64,000 nucleotides of DNA from Octopus vulgaris (GCA_951406725.2 OX597842.1:1488001-1552000), one strand, 5' to 3'; shown: positions 39,223 through 52,884, counted from the first letter of the stretch. Made by a program: numbers and translations. The notes: generated by a model not told the origin, from the letters alone.

Positions 39223-40277
39223 AGCATATATGAACATATTTTACTATTTACATCCTATATAAAGACATGACAAACTAAAATTATATAACTAGAAGTTGTT
39301 GGAATAATTTTACTTTAGTAAATAATGAACAGAAATGTGGAATAAAAGTCGGAAAAAGAAATGTTAGTAAAAAGAAATGTTAACTTATCATCATCATCAT
39401 CATCGTTTAACGTCCGTTTTCCATGGGTGGGATGGTTCGACCGGGGTCTGGGAAACCAGGAGGCTGCACCAGGCTCCAGTCTGATCTGGCAATGTTTCTC
39501 CATGACTGTAGTGGATGCTTTTTACGTGCCACCGGCACAGGTGCCAGAGGAGGGTGGCATGGCCATGATCAGTTGGTGCTTTTTACATGCCACTGGCAGG
39601 GAAGCCAGTCAAGGTGACGCTGGCATCGGCCACGTTTGGATGCTGCTTTTTATGTGCCAATGGCACAGGTGTCACAACTACAATTTCCGTTTGATTTTTT
39701 GATGTTCTGTATGGTAACTTTCTCTCCATGAATTAAACATAGCTACCAGCAATTGTATAATCCAACATTGAGAGCTACTTTTTAGGGGAGATAATTCTTA
39801 TTAAACAGCCAAACCAAGGGATACCAAGTCAAGACCCTGAAGAGACTGTATTATTTTATAGTAGGGTTGTAATTGCAATGATTACTAATTGGTGCAATTG
39901 AAACATGTGTGGGTCTTAAAGGTGGTATATCATCAGCATCGTTATCATCATCGTTTAACGTCCGTTTTCCATGCTGGCATGGGTTTGACTGAGGAGTGGG
40001 AAAGCAGCAGGCTGCACCATGTTCCAATCTGATCTGGCAAGGTTTCAACCCTTCATGACATTAAGCACTCCGAGTGTGTAGCTGGTGCTTTTTATGTGTC
40101 GCTGGCACGGGAGCCAGTTGGGGGGGCACTGGCACCAACCACATTCAGATGGTGCTTTTTACGTGCCACTAGCATGGGAGCCAGTCGGTGGAGGGAGGGG
40201 GCACTGGCATCGAGCCATGCTTGAATGGTGCTTATTACGTTCCACCCTTTATTCTATATTGTCAATATATATACTGA

Positions 40278-40611
40278 GACCCCCTCTGGTTATGACTGAC
40301 CATGGGATTGCACCTAGAAAGTTATCCTCCCAGGCACGAGTCCAGGCAAGGTTGTTTATGGAAGACCAGCAATCACCCATGCATGCCAGCCTTCCCTCTC
40401 TACACCACTGATGTTATACAAGGGAAAGGCAAAGGCCGATACAGTTTGGTAGATCTGACATCGCAACTCATTTCTACAGCTGAGTGAACTGGAGCAACGT
40501 GAAATAAAGTGCTTTGCTCAAGAACACAACACACAGCCTGGTCTGGGAATTGAACTCACTACCTCATAATTGTGATTCTGACGATCTCACCACTGAGCCA
40601 TGTGCCTTCAC
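40278..40611 (-). mobile_element. SINE family D
   Basis: Homologous to 27202-27651. Confidence 0.75.
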
Positions 40612-42174
40612 GTCAATATATATATATATATGTATGTATACACACACACACAGATACACATGATGAGCTTCTTTCAGTTTCCTGTCTACCAAATCCACTC
40701 GCAAGGCTTTGATCAGCCTGAGGCTATAGTAGAAGACACTTCTTCAAGGTGACATGCAGTGAGACTGAACCCGGAATCATGTGATTGGGAAGCAAGCTTC
40801 TTACAGGCCTGTGCCTATCTTCACATTCTGAGTTCAAATTCCACCGAGGTCGACTTTACCTTTCATCCTTTCAGGGCCGATACAATAAGAACTGGTTGAG
40901 CACTGGGGTCGATGTACTCTATTTATCCCCTTCCCTCAAAATTCAACCAGCCTCTTTGACACACGCACATAGATTTCTCACAAGATTCCACATGTTTGCT
41001 CAGCCGACCAAAGGGGACGGCAGAAAACACTTGTTTAAGTTGCCATACACTGCAATGGTAACCGAAAAGAATTGTCTGCAAAGCAACTTCTTAACTACGT
41101 AGCAATGTCTGCACTCTTTACATGCATGTGAGTATGTGTGTGTATGTATGTATGTATGTGTGAGTGAGTGTTTATGATGAAATTTTTAAAGGAATTAGGC
41201 TAATATTATCGGTAACAAAAATAGCCTTTTATAACACTAATTGTCACACTTGAACAACACACAGAAATACATAGAGTATATATATATATATATATACATG
41301 CACACACACATATATACATACATATTTAAGCAGACATCCATGTATATATATATATACACATACATGTATATATATATATGGATATATGCACACATATAGA
41401 TATAACTATATATATATACACACTAATACACGCACACAAATATATATACATATATGGATAAATATATATACATATATATATACATAGATACATATATATG
41501 CATATATACATACATATATAAACACATACATATATAAACACATACATATATAAACACATACATATATAAACATAAATATATATGCACTTTTTACTATTTT
41601 CTATATATATATATATATATAAACTTATAAATACATATATATATGTATAAGTATGTATATATACACACATATATACATATAAATACATCTACAAAGATAC
41701 ATAAATACATATACTTAAATACACACACACACACACATATGTATATGTCTTACAAATACACACACAACGAAAAAAAAAACAACTAAGAGCTTCCAAGAAA
41801 AACAAGAAAACAACAGTATAAATAGCAGTACAAAAAAACAACATCAGCAACTACAACAGTAACAAGACCAACCACAACAACATGAGAAACCAACAAAACA
41901 TCAATAACAACAACATCAACAAACAGCCCTAAAGTCATATTCCTTCTAATTGTCACATTAAGAAAAATCTACAGCTATATCTTTCTTTGTGTATGTTTCT
42001 ATTAATGAAATGTGTACAAATGAAAAAAAACAGACATTAAAATGATGTAAAACTTTCACACAACAACAATTACTACTACTACTGCTGCTGCTGCTGCTAC
42101 TTCAAACACAACGGCAACAAAATATATTTACAATGAAAACACAAAATGAATAACAGAAATATTTTTTAAAAAGG

Positions 42175-42877
42175 GTGATGGAGGAGGAGGAGGAAGAAGA
42201 AGAAGAATTGGAAGAAGAATTGGATGAAGAAGAAGAATTGGATGAAGAAGAATTGGAAGAAGAAGGAGAAGAAGAAGAAGGAGAAAAAGAAGAAGGAAGA
42301 ATGGAAGAAGAAGAAGAAAAAGAAGAAGAAAAAGGAAAAGAAGAATGGAAGAAGAAAAAGAATTGGAAGAAGAAGAAGAATTGGAAGAAGAAGAAGAAGA
42401 GGCAGAAGAACAAAAAAAAGAAGAAAAAGAAATGTATTCGAAAAATTTTCAAAATAAAACTTAGAACCACACAAACAGGCTCAAAAAAAGATTTTTCAGA
42501 AATATCGCATTTAAAATATAACGACTAAAATGAGGAGAATAGCAACAGTTATAATAATAACAATAATAATAATAACAATAATAATAATAATAACGATAAT
42601 AATAATAATAATAATAAACAATAATGATAATAATAATAACAATAATAACAATAATAATAATAATAATAATAATAATGACAATAATAATAATAATGACAAT
42701 AATAATAATAATAATAATAAAAATAATGATAATAATAATAATAATAATAATAATAAACAATAACGATAATAATAATAATAATAAACAATAATGATAATAA
42801 TAATAATAAACAATAATGATAATAATAAAGAATAATAATAATAATAATGATAATAATAATAATAATAAACAATAACG

Positions 42878-42914
<37 letters not shown>

Positions 42915-42956
42915 TGATGATGATGATGATGACAATAATACTTTTCAATCCATATG

Positions 42957-43003
<47 letters not shown>

Positions 43004-43241
43004 CACCAATAAAGACATAGCCACAACAAAAACAATAACAGCTATAATAATGATGATAGTAACACAAATAACAAAATATGATTAAAGTAACAAAAATAAT
43101 AATAGAAATAACAACAGCAATAGTAATTATGATAATAATAATTTGCAATTCATCTGTACTTGAAAAAAACACCAATAAAAACACACAACAAAACAAAAAA
43201 GCAGCAACAACGATTATAATAACAAAAACAACAGTAATAAC

Positions 43242-43275
<34 letters not shown>

Positions 43276-43493
43276 TTCACCAAGAAACTCATTGACAACA
43301 ACAACAATAATGATAATAATAACAAGGGTAATACTAAAAATAATTTACAATCCGTATATATATACACACACACAGCATCAATAAACACACAATGATAGTA
43401 AAAAAACATTATGAAATAAAAAAAATTTTTTTTTTCAAAATCCAAATTTAAAATAAGACAACAATAGGAACAAATGCAACAAACATTAAAGTT

Positions 43494-43524
<31 letters not shown>

Positions 43525-43742
43525 TGATGATAATAATAATGATAATAATAATAATAATGATGATAATAATAATGATGATAATGATAATAATGATGATAAT
43601 AATAATGATGATAATGATAATAATGATGATAATAATAATGATGATAATGATAATGATAATGATAATAATGATAATAATAATAAGAAGAAGAACAAATAAA
43701 AGAAGAAGTGGAAGAACAACAACAATAGCAACAAACATTAAA

Positions 43743-43835
<93 letters not shown>

Positions 43836-43967
43836 AGGAAAGAAGGAGAAGAAAAAATAGAAGTAGAAAAAGAAGGAGAAAAAGAAGTAGAAGAAGAACA
43901 ACAACAACAATAGCAACAAACGCAACAAACATTAAAGTAGTAGTAATAATAATAATAATAATAATAA

Positions 43968-43998
<31 letters not shown>

Positions 43999-44330
43999 AA
44001 GAAGAAATAAATGCAACAAACATTAAATAATAATAATAATAATAATTATAAGATGATGATGATGATGATGGTAACGATAATAATAATAGTGTAACAGTAA
44101 TAATAATAGTAACAATAAAAGTGGTAACAATAATAACAATAATAATAATAATAATGAAAATAATAACTAATAAGAATATTAATAAAAGTAATAATAATGG
44201 CAGTAATAGCCATAAAGTGGCTGTAAGAGCAGCAGCAGCAGCATCAGTAGTAGCGATAGCAGTAGTGATGGTGGAGGTGGTGGTAATAGCAGTGATGATG
44301 ATGATGATGATGATGAAAGCTACATTAAAA
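42175..44330. repeat. Compound (GAA)n/(AAT)n/(GAT)n/(AAC)n microsatellite block
   Basis: Direct reading. Confidence 0.9.
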
Positions 44331-44342
44331 ACAATAAGAAAG

Positions 44343-44423
<81 letters not shown>

Positions 44424-44696
44424 TATAAATACCACCACAACAATAAAAATAATAATAACGATGTATAATGATGATGTTAATAATAATAATTAAGGAAGAC
44501 AAACACCTGAGAACACAAATTGCTTTTAAAACACATTTCGATAAACATCCACATACATTCAACAACATACATATATAAATACACATATCTACGTATACCT
44601 AAATATAAACAATAAATAACTACATATAAACATATAAGTATATACATACATATAAATATATGTGTGTGTGCATATATATATATACATATATATATA

Positions 44697-44727
<31 letters not shown>

Positions 44728-45283
44728 GTATGTATATATATGGCTTTTTCTCTCTTTATTAATCTAATAACACTTCTATATTTCCCACTTAACAACCAAT
44801 TTATAAAATATTTCAGATTCGTCTTTTATTTTTACACTTTTTTACTGTTTGTTGTTGTTGTTGTTTTTTTGTTACTTATTTTAATTTTTTCTTTTTTTTT
44901 GTGGAGTTTTTGTGATATTTCTTGTCTTTGCTAATTTATTTCTTCCGATACATTTCTGTAATTTCATTTATATACGTATATATATCCACATACATATGTT
45001 TCTCTGTGTGTGTGTGTGTGTGTGTGTGTGTATTTGTAGTTCTGTCAATCGTGGAATTGATCATGTGATGGTGAAGGGAATAAGGTTTGTACATGATTTT
45101 GTGGTTAAGGGAGATATATATGTACGTATATATATATGTGTATATATATATATATATATACATGTATGAGTATTTGTATATATATCTATGTGTGTGTATA
45201 CACATATGTATATGTGTGTGCATATATATATATATATATGTATGTATATGTATATATATGTGTGTGTGTGTGTGTGCATATAC

Positions 45284-45314
<31 letters not shown>

Positions 45315-45742
45315 AATATATGTATGTATATATATATGTACTTATATGTGTGTGTGTGATTTTTTGTAAATTTGTTGAATATATGGTTTTATATGTTGAC
45401 AATGTATGTACAAAAACATAAATTTATATATGAGCAATATCTATAATGGATAGATTTCTATAATTATATTATATATATATGCGTGTCCATAAATTTACAA
45501 ATGTATATGTGTGTGTATAGATTTACACACACAAATATATACTCATACATTCTTGTACATACACAAATAAAATCTATTCATATATGTATATGTGTGTGTG
45601 TGTGTATATATATATATGCTTATAGATGCTTATACACACATACTCATATAGATGTAGACAGATACACATATATGCTTATATATACATATATACATACGCG
45701 CATATAAACATACATGCATACAAGTATATATATATATATATA

Positions 45743-45870
45743 CAGGGTGTCCCAAAAAAATGTATACACATAGTGGTTTGGCAAAAGAGAACGATAGAAT
45801 AAGTACTAGGCTTACAAAGAATAACAAATTTACAATTATTTAAGGTGTGTATACATTTTTTTGGGACACC

Positions 45871-45873
<3 letters not shown>
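45743..45873. mobile_element. Tc1/mariner-type MITE with TA flanks
   Basis: TA-CAGGGTGTCCCAAAAAAATGTATACACA ... TGTGTATACATTTTTTTGGGACACCCTG-TA. Confidence 0.85.
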
Positions 45874-45916
<43 letters not shown>

Positions 45917-46255
45917 TATATATATAAACACATACTCACATATATACTTTGACAAAGGTATATATTGTTATACATAAATATCATCCTCATCAACGTTTTA
46001 ACATCCCATTTTCCATGCTTGCATGGGTCGGATGGAATTTGTTGCAGCAGATTTTCTACAACTGGAGGCCCTTCCTATCACCAACCCTCACCTGTTTCCA
46101 AACAAAGTATTATTTTCTCAGAGCCAGACATATATTCATAGAGATTGGAAATGAAAAACAGCTTGTATGACATTGATAAATATCATGTGATGTCAAGACA
46201 AAGACACACACATACACACATATATAAATACATATACATATGTATATACATATAA

Positions 46256-46621
46256 GGCATAGCTGTGTGGTAAGACGCTTGCTTCCCAACCACATGGTTC
46301 CAGGTTCAGTCCCACTGCGTGGCACTTTGGGCAAGTGTCTTCTACTATAGCCTTGGGCCAACCAAACCTTTCTGAGTGGATTTGGTCGACGGAAACTGAA
46401 AGAAGCCCATTTTATATATATATTTATGTTTGTCTTTGTGTCTGTGTTTGTTCCCTGACTATCACTTGACAACTAGTGCTTGTGTGTTTATGTCCCCGTA
46501 ACTAAGCAGCTCAGCAAAAGAGATTGATAGAATAATTACTAGGCTTACAAAGGAACCCTTTTAGGGGATGCTCCAGCATGGTTGCAGTCAAAATGACTGA
46601 AACAAGTAAGAGAATAAAAGA
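46256..46621 (+). mobile_element. SINE family A
   Basis: Sequence match; followed by a family C body at 46628-46809 (-). Confidence 0.8.
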
Positions 46622-47356
46622 ATATATATTTCTTTACTACCCACAAGGGGCTAAACATAGAGGGGACAAACAAGGACAGACAAACGGATTAAGTCAATTA
46701 GATTGACCCCAGTGTGTAACTAGTACTTAATTTATCGACCCCGAAAGAATGAAAGGGAAAGTCGACCTTGGCGGAATTTGAACTCGGAACGTAACGACAG
46801 ACGAAATACTGAAACAAGTAAAAGAGTAAAGAGTAAGAGTAAAGAGTATTACAACCATTTTATCAAATTCCTCATTGTTTTCAAAATTAGTTGAAACAAA
46901 GGCTGTGTATTTCAGGAGAAATATGGTAACTAAAGGGTTAAAGTGATCTTAATTATAACCTTCCATCAAAATTTCATATCACAAACGCCAGACTAATAAT
47001 GCTAGAATTTATATTATTAAATTCTTTGTCATTTTCAAAATTAATTGAAACAAAAGCAGTGTATTTCAAGAGAAATATGGTTTCAAGCTGCTTAGGTTCT
47101 TGCAAGTTATATAAGGACCATGTTCATCATATGTTCACACCATGTATATGTTGCACCCCAGATGTTTCAGTTAAAATCAGGTAGTGCAACTTATATACAA
47201 ATAAATAGTGTGTGTGTGTGTGTGTGTGTGCGTGTATGTGTGCATGTATCATACACACACAGGGTGGGCCAAAAGTTATGCACAAAAGTTTAATATGCTC
47301 CAGAATTGTCAAAGACATGATTCAATTTTTGTAAAATTGAATAAAATAAATGAGAT

Positions 47357-47741
47357 GGATGGAAGCACTCCGTCGGTTACGACGACGAGGGTTCCGGTTG
47401 ATCCGACCAACGGAACAGCCTGCTCATGAAATTAACGTGTAAGTGGCTGAGCACTCCACAGACACGTGTACCCTTAACGTAGTTCTCAGGGATATTCAGC
47501 GTGACACTGAGTGTGACAAGGCCGGCCCTTTGAAATACAGGTACAACAGAAACAGGAAGAAAGAGTGAGAGGAAGTTGTGGTGAAAGAGTACAGCAGGGA
47601 TCACCACCATCCCCTGCCAGAGCCTCGTGGAGCTTTAGGTGTTTTCGCTCAATAAACACTCACAACGCCCGGTCTGGGAATTGAAACTGCGATCCTACGA
47701 CTGCGAGTCTGCTGCCCTAACCACTGGGCCATTGCGCCTCC
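47357..47741 (-). mobile_element. SINE family B with TSD AATAAATGAGAT
   Basis: TSD at 47345-47356 and 47745-47756. Confidence 0.9.
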
Positions 47742-48873
47742 TAGAATAAATGAGATAACGATGGATACATACATATATGTACATGATGAACACCCTCACT
47801 GAGTCGGAAGAGTAGAGAAAGGGAGCAAAAGAAACCAAGTTACCAACTAAACATTATGAGCATTTATAAAGATTTGGGGTGACAACACGTCCCGTGTGAC
47901 TAACAAGAGGTTAAATAGCCACCAAGTTTAGTGGTGGAACAGAATTGGATAAACCAGTTTGTGTATTGATTGAATTCCTGGCAAGTGATATAAACAGATT
48001 AATTGCTGGAAAGGGTTCCATGTTTTGTTTTGGAACCACAACGTACCAATGAGTATATTAAAGGTTTACAAGTCAATATTGTGTTTTATCTTCTGTTAGC
48101 TGTGCAATGTTAAATCTCCTGTGTGTGTGTGTATATATCCATCGTCATCATCGTTTAATCTCTGCTTTCCATGCTAGCATGGGTTGGACAATTTGACTGA
48201 GGACTGGTGAACCAGATGGCTGTACCAGGCTCCAATCTTGATCTGGTAGAGTTTCTACAGCTGGATGCTCTTCCTAACGCCAACCACTCCGACAGTGTAG
48301 TGGGTGCTTTTACATACCAGTCAGGCGGTACCGGCAACGGCCACGCTCAAATGGTGCTTTTTATGTGCTACCTGCACAGGAACCAGTCCAGCGGCACTGG
48401 CAATGACCTCGCTCAAATGTATTTTCATGTGCCAGTAAGGTGACGCTGGTAACGATCATGCTCAAATGGTGCTTTTTATGAGCCACCAGCATGGAAACCA
48501 GTCAGCTGCTCTGGCAATGATCACGCTCAGATGGTGCTCTTAACACTCCACCAGCACAGATACCAGTCATCGAATTTGATTTCGATTTCACTTGCCTCAA
48601 CAGGTCTTCGCAAGCAGAGTTTAGTGTCCAATAAAGGAAAGGTACGCATAAGTTGGCTGGTTACACACCTGGCATAATATATGTATATATATAGTTGAGG
48701 TGTGTTCCGTTAAGAATGTATTAGCGTTTGTTAGTTTCAAAGTAGCCATGGATGTAATAGCATTAAAATCAAGATTTACCTACGGAGACAGCGATTAATT
48801 ATCACCTGAGGAGCTACATATGGATCTTATTATACAGGTAAACCGTTACCTAATTTAATTTAAATCCTTTATA

Positions 48874-49284
48874 GTGACGCAGATTTGCCATTTGAATATG
48901 GCTAACCCCTAAGGGTGGATGCTACTGTAGTTTGTAGCCCCAGGAAGATATCTCCTCCAGCTGGCTATCGACACACTATCTGTGCCCTATCAGTAATTGT
49001 GAAGGGAAGTCAACCTTCCCGTCTTCAACTTATATTTGTGAAGGGAGCTGACTTCTCGTCGACAACTGTGATTGTCACACGCTGATGATAGGTAAACACC
49101 TTGAAACTCGAGTCCGTGTGTATCATAAGTTGAAGACGGGAAGGTTGACTTCCCTTCACAAATACTGATAGGGCACAGAAAGTGTGTCTATAGCCAGCTG
49201 GAGGAGATATCTTCATGGGGCTACAAACTACAGTAGCATCCACCCTTATGGGTTAGCCATATTCAAATGGCAAATATGCGTCAC
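48874..49284. repeat. Fold-back element: 160-bp inverted arms (6 mismatches) around a 91-nt loop
   Basis: 48874-49033 versus reverse complement 49125-49284, aligned base by base. Confidence 0.95.
49076..49120 (+). ncRNA. Minimal type I hammerhead ribozyme with intact core
   Basis: CACACG-CTGATGA-t-AGGT aaac ACCT-t-GAAA-CTCGAG-TC^-CGTGTG; 6-bp stem I, palindromic stem III ACTCGAGT, predicted GUC cleavage after 49114. Confidence 0.85.
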
Positions 49285-49490
49285 AATGTGTTACCACTAC
49301 TGTTTATAACTCGCTCTGAGATTTATCATTCTTTATATATATACTTAGATCTATATGTATTGAAACATTTGTAGTGATCAAAGTTTGTACCAAAGTTTGT
49401 ATTTACATAATGTTGTGTGCATATATTATTCCGACCTAATCGGGTGCCTCAACTTCAGTACCTAATTCAACTGCATCTTACTTATATATT

Positions 49491-49899
49491 CTTTTATTCT
49501 TTCACTTGTTTCAGTCATTTGTCTGCGGCCATGCTGGAGTACCGCCTTTAGTTGAACAAATCGACCCCAGGACTTATTCTTTGTAAGCCTAGTACTTATT
49601 CTATCGGTCTCTTTTCTCGAACCGCTAATTTACGAGGACGTAAACACACCAGCATCGGTTGTCAAGTGATGTTGGGGGGACAAACACAGACACACAAACA
49701 TACGCGTGCACACACACACACATATATACATATATACAATGGGCTTCTTTCAGTTTCCGTCTACCAAATCCACCCACAAGGCTTTGGTCGGCCCGAGACT
49801 ATAGTCGAAGACACTTGCCCAGGGTGCCATGCAGTGGGACTGAACCTGGAACCATGTAGTTGGTAAGCAAGCTACTTACCACACAGCCACTCCTACGCC
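49491..49899 (-). mobile_element. SINE family A
   Basis: Full length. Confidence 0.9.
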
Positions 49900-50001
49900 T
49901 ATTGCTGTTTGTTTATATCTTGTGACTTAGAGGTGCATCAAGCAGGGTTTAAAAAAGCAGTACCGGTCAGAAAATATAAAATATATTAACATATACATAT
50001 A

Positions 50002-50402
50002 GGCGCAGGAGTGGCTGTGTGGTAAGTAGCTTGCTAACCAACCACATGGTTCCGGGTTCAGTCCCACTGCGTGGCATCTTGGGCAAGTGTCTTCTGCTAT
50101 AGCCCCGGGCCGACCAATGCCTTGTGAGTGGATTTGGTAGACGGAAACTGATAGAAGCCTGTTGTATATATGTATATATATGTATATGTGTGTTTGTGTG
50201 TCAGTGTTTGTCCCCCTAGCATTGCTTGACAACCGATGCTGGTGTGTTTACGTCCTCGTCACTTAGCGGTTCGGCAAAAGAGACCGATAGAATAAATACT
50301 GGGCTTACAAAAAAAAGTCCCGGGGTTGATTTGGTCGACTAAAAGCGGTGCTCCAGCATGGCCACAGTCAAATGACTGAAACAAGTAGAAGAGTAAAAAG
50401 AG
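50002..50402 (+). mobile_element. SINE family A
   Basis: Full length. Confidence 0.9.
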
Positions 50403-51398
50403 TATATACAAGCAGTGACATCTATCGATTAATCACTTAGGGACCGTTGCTCCAGCATGTTCGTGATCTGATAGCTAAAGCTAATAAAAGAACAAAAGAA
50501 TTCTTTCTTTAGAAACGGTTCCACAGAATGGTTAAAATGGTGCCCTCATTAAAACAACCTTAGTTATTTATATCACCTCCTCTTTGTTCTGCCACTCCCC
50601 TATTATTTCTGGGGTTTATTTTCGATCAAGTATTCTCCCATCTTTAATAAATAAAGGATTCGTTCTTTCTTGTTGGGGAATGAAGATTTAAAGAAAAATA
50701 ACGCAGAAGAAGATTAATTGTTAATGAAAAGAATAAACGAGGATTTCATTTCTGAGAAAAAAAAAAGAAAAAACAAAATTATGTTCTCGCTAATTAGTTT
50801 TGTCTGATATAGTTTATTTCGCTAATTAGCTGTTTATTTTTAATAAATAATAAAAAAGAACTTGGTTCTGGTGGTGGGTTTGAGAGGTGGTGATGGGTTG
50901 CGGTGGTGGTAGTAGGGCAGAGCGATTCTGTCTGTCTGTCTCTCTCTCTCTCATCCTCTCCCTTCTCCCTACAGGTAACTTTTTTGAAAAATATTGTTGC
51001 ACTTGATAACAGAATCTTTGAATTTATTTTTTTAACAAACACTGCTACTACTACTACTACCAGCACCACCACTACCACTACTGATTTCCAATTTTTGCAC
51101 AAGGCCAGCAATTTCAGTGATGGGGTTAATCCAATTACATCGAACACCCCCACCTCACTACAGGGTTCAGCTGATACTCATTTTAGCAACTGGACAAAGA
51201 ATTAAAAACAGCATTGACCCAAGACAAAGTGGAACTCAGAACGTGGCTGAGTGGTGAGAGACTTGCTTCCCAACCACATGGTTCCAGTTTCAGTCCCACT
51301 GCATGGCACCCTTGACAAGTGTCCTCTACTATAGCCTCAAGCTGACTAAAGCCTTCTGAGTAGATATGGCAGATGGAAACTGAAAGAAGCCTGCCATA

Positions 51399-51536
51399 TA
51401 TACAATTATAAATAAGGGCAAAAAGAAAAAAAATTTCTTTGCTAATATGCTGAAAAATAGACACTGTCTAGTGTGTATATTTTTAGCATATTGGTAAGGA
51501 AAATTTTGTCTTTTTGCCCTTATTCATAATTGTATA
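51399..51536. repeat. Imperfect palindrome with ~65-bp arms
   Basis: TACAATTATAAATAAGGGCAAAAAGA... / ...TCTTTTTGCCCTTATTCATAATTGTA. Confidence 0.85.
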
Positions 51537-51891
51537 ATTTTCACCTTAAAAGGTATTTTTCGTATTCTAACCACTGATTAAATTTTTTAGAAATTTTATC
51601 CTTATATTAGAAGTATATATATATAAATGGATGATGATGATGATGATGATGATGATGTATATAGATGATAAGAAAATGGAGAAATATATAACAATGAGAA
51701 GTGGATCTTTGGTGTCATAAAGCTATTATTTAATTAATTAAATAATGGCTTTATATACATTAAACTGCAGTTTATCTTTTAAATTACCTACTACTGTATA
51801 CCTTATAACAGGGACCATACATACGGAGGTAATTACCAGGAGTGCCTTAGATGATTTTAATACTTCTCACATATCTTTTATATATATATAT

Positions 51892-52452
51892 GGGGAGAGG
51901 TAGACCCAGGAAGGCATGGAATGAGGTGGTCAAGCATGTCTTTCGAACGTTGGGCGTCACAGGGGCAATGATGAAAGACCAAGATCTCTGGAGATATGCT
52001 GTGACTGCAAAGACCCGTCAAAGAATGTGAGTTCATGGCTGTTTACTGCACCAGTTTCACAAAGCCCCAGCCCATCCAAAGTACCTTGCATTGCAGAACG
52101 ACCTTCTGTGCTAACCTTGGATCGTAGGGTGACCTGCTGTGTGAGGAGACCTATTGAGTCAAGTATATCAACATCAAAATATATCAAATGGAAATTGTAG
52201 TTGTGATACCTGTGCCGGTGGCATGTAAAAAGCACCAACTGATCGTGGCCGCTGCCAGCCTCCTCAGGCACCTGTGCCAGTGGCACATAAAAGGCACTCA
52301 CTACACTCACCAAGTGGTTGGCGTTAGGAAGAGCATCCAGCTCTAGAAACACTGCCAGATCAGACTGGAGCCTGGTGCAGGCCGCTAGTTTTGCTGGCTC
52401 CTGTGAAGCCATCAAACTCATGGAAAACAGACATTAAATGATGAGGATGATG
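51892..52452 (+). mobile_element. RTE LINE 3' end plus family E module
   Basis: Translation GRGRPRKAWNEVVKH...KDQDLWRYAV is a typical RTE C-terminus; ends in (GAT)n. Confidence 0.75.
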
Positions 52453-52507
52453 CATATATATGTGTGTGTGTGTGTGTGGCGGCATGTGGCTTAGTGGTTA
52501 GGGTCTC

Positions 52508-52620
52508 AGACTTATTCTTTTAAGCCTAGAAATTATTCTATCAGTGTCTTTTGCTGAACTGCTAAGTTATGGGGACATAAATACACAAATACTGGTTGTC
52601 AAGCAATGATGGAGGACAAA

Positions 52621-52658
<38 letters not shown>

Positions 52659-52884
52659 TATATATATACGAATGGCGGTGCCCCAGCATGGCCACAGCTC
52701 GTGAGCTGAAACTAGAATCAATCAATCATATACAACAGGATTCTTTCAGTCTCCATCTACTAAATCTACTCACAAGGCTTTGGTCAGCCCAAAGCTATAG
52801 CTGAAGACACTTACCCAAGGTGCCATGTAGTGAGACTGAACCCAGAGCCATGTGGTTGGTAAGCAAGCTTCTTACCAAACAGCC
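52508..52884 (-). mobile_element. SINE family A (diverged, interrupted)
   Basis: Sequence match. Confidence 0.75.

Noticed and set aside
42175-42528. Glu/Lys-rich ORF
   Set aside because: (GAA)n microsatellite with no splice or homology support
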